A stretch of 29,915 nucleotides of DNA from NCBI RefSeq assembly GCF_004376175.1, contig NZ_SNUY01000052.1, forward strand, positions 1 through 29,915. Reading direction: 5' to 3'. The position numbers and the translations under genes were made by a program. The stretch is from Halalkalibacterium halodurans. Its GTDB lineage: Bacteria > Bacillota > Bacilli > Bacillales > Bacillaceae_D. Below are positions 24,930 to 29,915 of this stretch, one piece after another. The notes under the pieces are model-generated. The model worked only from the letters and a program-made list of their open reading frames with translations. It made no database searches and was not told the DNA's origin. Every line of letters starts with the position of its first letter. The stretch's first letter is position 1.

Positions 24930-25850
24930 ATGACAACAACAAATTATTTGATTGAAACGAACAATTTAACGAAGACCTATAAACATGTGCATGCGGTGGA
25001 CCGTATAAACCTCAAAGTAAAAGAAGGAGAGATTTACGGGTTCCTCGGACCGAATGGAGCTGGCAAGACAACGACCATTCGTATGTTGCTAGGGCTCATT
25101 AAAGCCTCTCATGGATCGATTAAAATATTTGGGAAAGACCTGAAACAACATCGACTTGACATCTTAAAAAATATAGGGGCTCTTGTGGAATCGCCTTCCT
25201 ATTATCCACATCTTTCGGGTGAAGATAACCTTGAGACGGTTCGAAAAATAGTGAAGGTCCCTAAATCACGAATTGCTGAAGTACTTGAGCTTGTACGTCT
25301 AACAAAAGTAGCAGATCGAAAAGTGCAAGAGTATTCCTTGGGCATGAAACAGCGACTAGCCATTGCTGCAGCGCTGTTAGCCAATCCGCGCCTAGTGATC
25401 TTAGATGAGCCAACAAATGGATTGGACCCGGCAGGAATTATCGAGATTCGAAACCTGATCCTTCGGTTACCTAAAGAGTATGGGATTACTGTTTTACTTT
25501 CATCTCATCTCTTATCTGAAGTTGAACAAGTGGCCTCTCAAGTAGGGATTATCGCGAAAGGAAAGTTGATTTTTCAGGATTCGATTGAAGAACTGCGTAA
25601 GAAAGCAAATAGGAAAATATTTCTCTCGACGAGCCATCCAGAAGTTGCGGCAACCATTTTACAGGAGCGGGGAATTAATGTAGATACACAAGCTCGTGGA
25701 TTGGTTATGAATGATCGCTCGGACGAAGAAATTGCTCAGCTTGTGAAAGCATTCGTTGAAAAAGATATTGATGTTTACCGGATTTCTGATGAAACTTCCT
25801 CACTGGAAGAGATCTTCTTACAACTGACAAAGGGAGGACAAACGCTGTGA
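24930..25850 (+). CDS. ABC transporter ATP-binding protein, LanF-like (lantibiotic-protection type), 306 aa
   Basis: It has Walker A GPNGAGKTT, Glu in the Q-loop position (GALVESP), the signature SLGMKQRL, Walker B LVILDEPTNGLD and the H-loop SSHLL. GGAGGG lies 6 nt before ATG 24930. Confidence 0.8.
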   Translation: MTTTNYLIETNNLTKTYKHVHAVDRINLKVKEGEIYGFLGPNGAGKTTTIRMLLGLIKASHGSIKIFGKDLKQHRLDILKNIGALVESPSYYPHLSGEDNLETVRKIVKVPKSRIAEVLELVRLTKVADRKVQEYSLGMKQRLAIAAALLANPRLVILDEPTNGLDPAGIIEIRNLILRLPKEYGITVLLSSHLLSEVEQVASQVGIIAKGKLIFQDSIEELRKKANRKIFLSTSHPEVAATILQERGINVDTQARGLVMNDRSDEEIAQLVKAFVEKDIDVYRISDETSSLEEIFLQLTKGGQTL

Positions 25851-26557
25851 TCCTCGATTTGTTGCGATCTGATTTATTGAAAACGAAAAAAATTGCTTGG
25901 TTATTAGTCTTGTTCGGTCCAATCGGTGTTGTGGGCCTACAATTCATTAACTATTCTTTACGTTATGACCATTTGCTATCGGTACACCCGGACCATGGTT
26001 ACTTTTTTCTCGTAAACGTTCATGCATTTTGGCCACCAGCGTTATTGTTAGGGATTACACTCATTATTTCGTTGCAGGCAAGTATCGAGCATCAAAAAAA
26101 TCTATGGAAGCAAATACTTATCCTTCCGGTACGACGGGAGCAAGTCTATCTTTCGAAACTGTTTTTAATTGTAACGATGCTATTGTTAACTTCCCTTTTC
26201 CTAGTTGGTTGGACGTACGTAACGGGTATCTATTTTGGCTTCACAAATGAATTCTCACTTCTTCAAGCGTTCCAAATGAGCTTTTATACGTTATTTGCTG
26301 CATGGCCTTTTGTCTTGCTTCAGTTCTGGTTGTCCATGCATTTTAAAAATCAAGGAGCTGCTTTAACGGTAGGGATTGCGAGTGCGGCCTTTATTATGTA
26401 TGCACAAGGGGTACCAGACTGGCTACCTTGGAAGTGGCCCCTATTATTAGATGGATTTTCCGAAAGTCTCTCGACAAGTGTGCTTTACGGTTCCATACTT
26501 GGCATCGTTTTCGCGTTACTATCGATGTTGGTGTTAACTAGAAAGGACGTGCATTAA
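25847..26557 (+). CDS. ABC-2 type permease, LanE/MutE-EpiE-like, 236 aa (GTG start, GTGA overlap)
   Basis: It has six TM-like segments, the N-terminal amphipathic LLRSDLLKTKK, and the motif SIEHQKNLWKQILILPVRREQVYLSK after TM2. Confidence 0.7.
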   Translation: MILDLLRSDLLKTKKIAWLLVLFGPIGVVGLQFINYSLRYDHLLSVHPDHGYFFLVNVHAFWPPALLLGITLIISLQASIEHQKNLWKQILILPVRREQVYLSKLFLIVTMLLLTSLFLVGWTYVTGIYFGFTNEFSLLQAFQMSFYTLFAAWPFVLLQFWLSMHFKNQGAALTVGIASAAFIMYAQGVPDWLPWKWPLLLDGFSESLSTSVLYGSILGIVFALLSMLVLTRKDVH

Positions 26558-26558
26558 T

Positions 26559-27302
26559 ATGTTCTTCAATGTTCTAGAGGTTGAATGGAATAAGTTAAAA
26601 CATATGAAAGTTTGGATCATCGTCATTGCGGGGCCGTTACTTGCCAGTGTTATTGGATTCTTCCCTTACTTTACGATAGATGCGAGTGAATGGATTGCAT
26701 TAGCTACACAAATGATTCTTGCACACAGCGCATTGTTCCTACCTCTCTTAACAGGAATTTATGCGGCCCTAATTTGTAGTTATGAACATCAACATGGAGG
26801 CTGGAAACAGCTTTTAGCATTACCAGTGGAAAGGTACCACGTGTATATTGCTAAATTTGTTGTCATTATTACTTTACTGTTGCTGACACAAATTGTCTTT
26901 TTCTTTTCCGTCTGGCTTGTCGGGGTTGCCAGAGGGTATTCCATTTCTTCTTTTACGTATATGCCTTTACTTGTTAGTGTGCTGGCTGGGTTTCTATCAT
27001 GTCTGCCTCTTGCTGCTCTTCAGCTTTGGCTTGCGACACGGTTTACAAGCTTTGCTGCACCGAGCGTGATGAATGTCATGCTGACAGTGCCTGCGATCCT
27101 TATTGCTAATTCAGAAGTATTGGGACCGCTTTATCCGTGGGCTCATCCGTTGTTAAGCATGACCCAAGGCTTTTCTATGGGGCTGGGAGGGGATGCTGGG
27201 TTTTTGGCAAGCAATACAGCTTTTGTTGTAACGCTTATTTTAAGCTTTCTTCTCTTTAGTGTTGGAGGGGTCATTTCATTTCAGCGAAAGCAATGGACAT
27301 AG
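26559..27302 (+). CDS. ABC-2 type permease, LanG/MutG-like, 247 aa
   Basis: The N-terminus reads LEVEWNKLKH, and the motif SYEHQHGGWKQLLALPVERYHVYIAK is present. It starts 1 nt after the upstream stop. Confidence 0.7.
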   Translation: MFFNVLEVEWNKLKHMKVWIIVIAGPLLASVIGFFPYFTIDASEWIALATQMILAHSALFLPLLTGIYAALICSYEHQHGGWKQLLALPVERYHVYIAKFVVIITLLLLTQIVFFFSVWLVGVARGYSISSFTYMPLLVSVLAGFLSCLPLAALQLWLATRFTSFAAPSVMNVMLTVPAILIANSEVLGPLYPWAHPLLSMTQGFSMGLGGDAGFLASNTAFVVTLILSFLLFSVGGVISFQRKQWT

Positions 27303-27332
27303 TAATTTGCTAAATGAAAGGAGTTAAGCCAA

Positions 27333-28256
27333 GTGATTATAGAAGCAAAAGGACTAAAAAAAATCTACAACCATGTGCCGGTCGTAGATGATGTTGATCT
27401 TCTCGTTCCTGAGGGAGAAGTATTTGGTTTTCTAGGACCCAATGGTTCGGGGAAAACGACGGTGATGCGCATGCTCCTAGGTTTAGTTAAAACAGATGGG
27501 GGAGATATAAAAATTCTAGGAAAATCCCTTGAAAAGAATCGTTTGAGCATATTAAAAGAGGTAGGTGCTCTTATTGAAACCCCTGCGTATTATGGGCATC
27601 TTAATGCGATCGACAATTTAAAAATTGCTGCAACGTTGCGTCAAATTGAAGACAATAGCCAAATCGAAAAAACGCTCGATCGAGTCGGTTTAACTTCGAG
27701 TAAGCATAAAAAAGTTAAATCTTTTTCCCTTGGGATGAAGCAACGGCTAGGGATTGCTATGGCCTTGTTGCATCAACCCAAATTGCTTTTATTAGATGAG
27801 CCTACGAACGGACTCGATCCAGAGGGGATTCAAGAAATGAGGGAACTCATTCGCGATTTGCCAAAAAAAGAAGGCGTTACTGTTTTTGTTTCAAGCCATC
27901 TTCTTGGAGAAATTGATCAAGTCGCTAGCCAGGTAGGTGTCATATATCATGGTAGCCTACTCTATCAAGGGCAAAAGAACGATTTGCTGGCGAGTCATGG
28001 TGGTACGACAGTATCGGTCCATACTCCTGAAAAAGACAAGGTGGAGCAGTTATTGGTGATGGAAGGCTTTCATATACAGAAGAGTATACGCCATAAAGAA
28101 GACGAAATTATGATCACAGGACCTCACGTCACAAAGGAAGTCATTGTCATGCTTTTACAACGAGAAGGTATTCAGAACTATTATGTGCAAGAGCATCATC
28201 GCACATTAGAGGATGCTTATATGGCGCTTATCGGAGGAAAAGGGGTTGCGGTATGA
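27333..28256 (+). CDS. Second LanF-like ABC ATP-binding protein, 307 aa (GTG start)
   Basis: It has Walker A GPNGSGKTT, the E-loop GALIETP, the signature SLGMKQRL, Walker B LLLLDEPTNGLD and SSHLL. AAAGGAG lies 9 nt before the GTG. Confidence 0.8.
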   Translation: MIIEAKGLKKIYNHVPVVDDVDLLVPEGEVFGFLGPNGSGKTTVMRMLLGLVKTDGGDIKILGKSLEKNRLSILKEVGALIETPAYYGHLNAIDNLKIAATLRQIEDNSQIEKTLDRVGLTSSKHKKVKSFSLGMKQRLGIAMALLHQPKLLLLDEPTNGLDPEGIQEMRELIRDLPKKEGVTVFVSSHLLGEIDQVASQVGVIYHGSLLYQGQKNDLLASHGGTTVSVHTPEKDKVEQLLVMEGFHIQKSIRHKEDEIMITGPHVTKEVIVMLLQREGIQNYYVQEHHRTLEDAYMALIGGKGVAV

Positions 28257-28969
28257 GCCATTTATTAAAGGTAGAGTGGAGGAAGCAGCGCAAAGGTGTG
28301 CTCCTTGTCCCAATTCTCCTCTGTCTTATCCTACTTCCTGTGATTGGTGGCATGGCGTTTTCGTATTTAATCCAAAATGATCGCACGGTTGAGCAAGTGT
28401 GGGCAATCATTTACGAAACGTTTCACCTCCTGTGGAGTTATGTGGTGATCATCGTCATTGTCATTTATGCTGCGTTAGTAGTAGATGTAGAACACCGATC
28501 AGGTATGTGGCCATCTGTCCTGTTGTATCCGTATGCTAAATGGAAGCATTTCTTTATTAAGGTGTTATGGGTGTTTATTTTAGTGCAACTTTTTGGACTA
28601 ATTTCGTGGGGGAGTATTGCGACTGTAAGCCTACTATATGGTGGGGTTGAAAGTAGTGAGCTGATTGCTTTTGGCACATTACTATATCTACCTTTTCTTT
28701 TGGCATTACCATTTGTTATATTTCAAACCTTTCTTTCGGTTGTTCTTTCGAATTCGTTCGTCTCGATGGGAATCGGGATGTTTGTTTTCCTATTTCATAA
28801 CCTTCTTCCGTCTGTTTGGTTGCCTTGGGGATCGATGATACAACCGTTCCTAGAAGGACAACCGGTTAACGTAGTAGACATTATATTTTTAATGGTTGGA
28901 GCAGCTCTATACACAATGATCTCCTTGTTCTTTTTTGAACGAAAAACGTTTTCGACTGGAGTTGAATAG
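28253..28969 (+). CDS. ABC-2 type permease (LanE-like, module 2), 238 aa
   Basis: It has an ATGA overlap with the ATPase gene. It reads LLKVEWRKQRK and carries the motif DVEHRSGMWPSVLLYPYAKWKHFFIK. Confidence 0.7.
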   Translation: MSHLLKVEWRKQRKGVLLVPILLCLILLPVIGGMAFSYLIQNDRTVEQVWAIIYETFHLLWSYVVIIVIVIYAALVVDVEHRSGMWPSVLLYPYAKWKHFFIKVLWVFILVQLFGLISWGSIATVSLLYGGVESSELIAFGTLLYLPFLLALPFVIFQTFLSVVLSNSFVSMGIGMFVFLFHNLLPSVWLPWGSMIQPFLEGQPVNVVDIIFLMVGAALYTMISLFFFERKTFSTGVE

Positions 28970-28970
28970 C

Positions 28971-29729
28971 ATGTCACTCTTTCGTCAGTCGTTCATGGCT
29001 GAATGGATGAAAATTCGTAAATCGACGATTTGGTTGGTCATTTTAGGCCTCGTAGCTCTTCCTGTTTTCTACGGGTGTATTATATTTACGCAAATCGTAG
29101 TAAAACAGTATAATTATACAGACATTGACCCATGGCTAATGCAGTTAATGATGGTTCAAATGTTTTATGGAACCATATTCCTTCCAATCATCGTATCAAT
29201 CATTATTGAGACAGTGCTAAATTTTGAACGAAAGGCCAATGAATGGGAACATCTTTTTCTATTTCCCATCAAACGTAACACGTTTTATTTAAGCAAAATG
29301 GCGTGGGTGTTCATTTTAACGGCTTTGGCTCAATTATTAATGTTTACAATGGTTGTGATTGCAGGAATTGTCATAAAGATTGATACAACCATCCCTGTTT
29401 TAAGTTACCTGTCCGTATTCATATTGGGAACCATTGGGGCCATTAGCTTAGGAAGCCTATTGTTTTATTTGTTCATGTTAATAAAGTCAAGTCGAGTGGC
29501 TTTAGCAATCAGCATCTTTTTGAGTTTTCCCGCCTTTTTAGCTTTGTCTAATGAAAGTGGTTCATGGCTACCATCGTTGTACCCTTGGGCTCTCCCGATT
29601 TACGGAATGACCCAATCCATGAGCAGTGTCTCTTCGCTACTTGTCTTCTTAGGAGTCTGTTTCATCCTTATCATTTTGTCGTCCTTTTTAACGATTAAAC
29701 GGTTAAAAAATGGAGCCCTGTCAGGGTAG
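28971..29729 (+). CDS. ABC-2 type permease (LanG-like, module 2), 252 aa
   Basis: It starts MSLFRQSFMAEWMKIRK, 1 nt after the upstream TAG, and carries the motif NFERKANEWEHLFLFPIKRNTFYLSK. The tracked 28935 start overlaps the previous gene without an RBS. Confidence 0.7.
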   Translation: MSLFRQSFMAEWMKIRKSTIWLVILGLVALPVFYGCIIFTQIVVKQYNYTDIDPWLMQLMMVQMFYGTIFLPIIVSIIIETVLNFERKANEWEHLFLFPIKRNTFYLSKMAWVFILTALAQLLMFTMVVIAGIVIKIDTTIPVLSYLSVFILGTIGAISLGSLLFYLFMLIKSSRVALAISIFLSFPAFLALSNESGSWLPSLYPWALPIYGMTQSMSSVSSLLVFLGVCFILIILSSFLTIKRLKNGALSG

Positions 29730-29739
29730 TTTAAAAGAG

Positions 29740-29915
29740 AAGGGCTGGGACATAAGACAGATCGGGTGTCCTAACAAAAAAGGTTCTAAGTCAAATGTTG
29801 GGGTGGCATAGGAGGGCGAGCCCCTCTTATCCTACCCCGAATGTCTGATGTTTGAATTGATGATGCAAGAGAATACGGTTTCGCAAGCGATCATAACGCC
29901 GAAAACCAAAGGCAT
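29740..29915 (-). mobile_element. Terminal ~0.1-0.2 kb of an IS element (ISL3-like); the exact boundary is not determinable
   Basis: A transposase C-terminus is followed by ~90 nt of non-coding sequence ending near GGGCTGGGACATAAG (about 29741-29757), directly after the last ABC permease gene. The partner IR lies outside the window. Confidence 0.4.
29827..29915 (-). CDS. 3' end of a transposase gene (ISL3-family-like C-terminus); the gene continues beyond the window
   Basis: The minus-strand frame reads ...AFGFRRYDRLRNRILLHHQFKHQTFGVG*. The (A/Y)FGFRxFxxFRxRIL(L) pattern is what I remember for ISL3 transposase C-termini. Only 28 codons are visible. Confidence 0.45.
   Translation of the reverse strand, partial: AFGFRRYDRLRNRILLHHQFKHQTFGVG

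Noticed and set aside
1-29915. The whole window as a composite transposon bounded by two IS elements; also CRISPR arrays, tRNA or rRNA genes
   Set aside because: The two IS ends belong to different families (IS1182/IS5-like versus ISL3-like), and the interior is largely housekeeping. I saw no repeat-spacer arrays and no tRNA- or rRNA-like sequences while reading both strands.

Overview
This is about 30 kb of a Bacillaceae-type chromosome. SD-like RBSs, sigmaA-like promoters and rho-independent terminators are seen throughout. Gene order and IS load remind me of an alkaliphilic Halalkalibacterium/Alkalihalobacillus genome, but that guess is unverified.

Gene content, left to right:
- A ~1.57 kb IS1182/IS5-like insertion sequence whose transposase carries one in-frame TAA.
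- A nucleoside hydrolase and a SAM methyltransferase.
- A complete GlcNAc utilisation regulon (nagR, nagB-nagA, nagP) with four dre-like operators.
- An Lrp/AsnC regulator paired with a CMD/AhpD-like protein, then an sCache-type MCP and a GNAT.
- A TetR-CDF operon with two related palindromic operators.
- An amino-acid export/detox cluster: LysE/RhtB + HAD, an ArgO-like exporter, MocR, and a PAT-like acetyltransferase.
- metE behind a cobalamin riboswitch and terminator, followed by an untracked 59-aa ORF.
- phnD / phnC-phnE-phnE, then another GNAT.
- A tightly packed seven-gene operon: a 3-TM small membrane protein plus two tandem LanFEG-like (E-loop) ABC modules.
- The 3' end of an ISL3-like element at the right edge.

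I found no rRNA, tRNA or CRISPR array. I do not see a clearly unprecedented system. The best candidate for accessory, under-described biology is the LanH-like + 2x LanFEG-like operon at 24.5-29.7 kb, which abuts an IS end. Its cognate biosynthetic or sensor genes, if any, are outside the window. Every family assignment rests on motif recognition by eye, since no searches were run.
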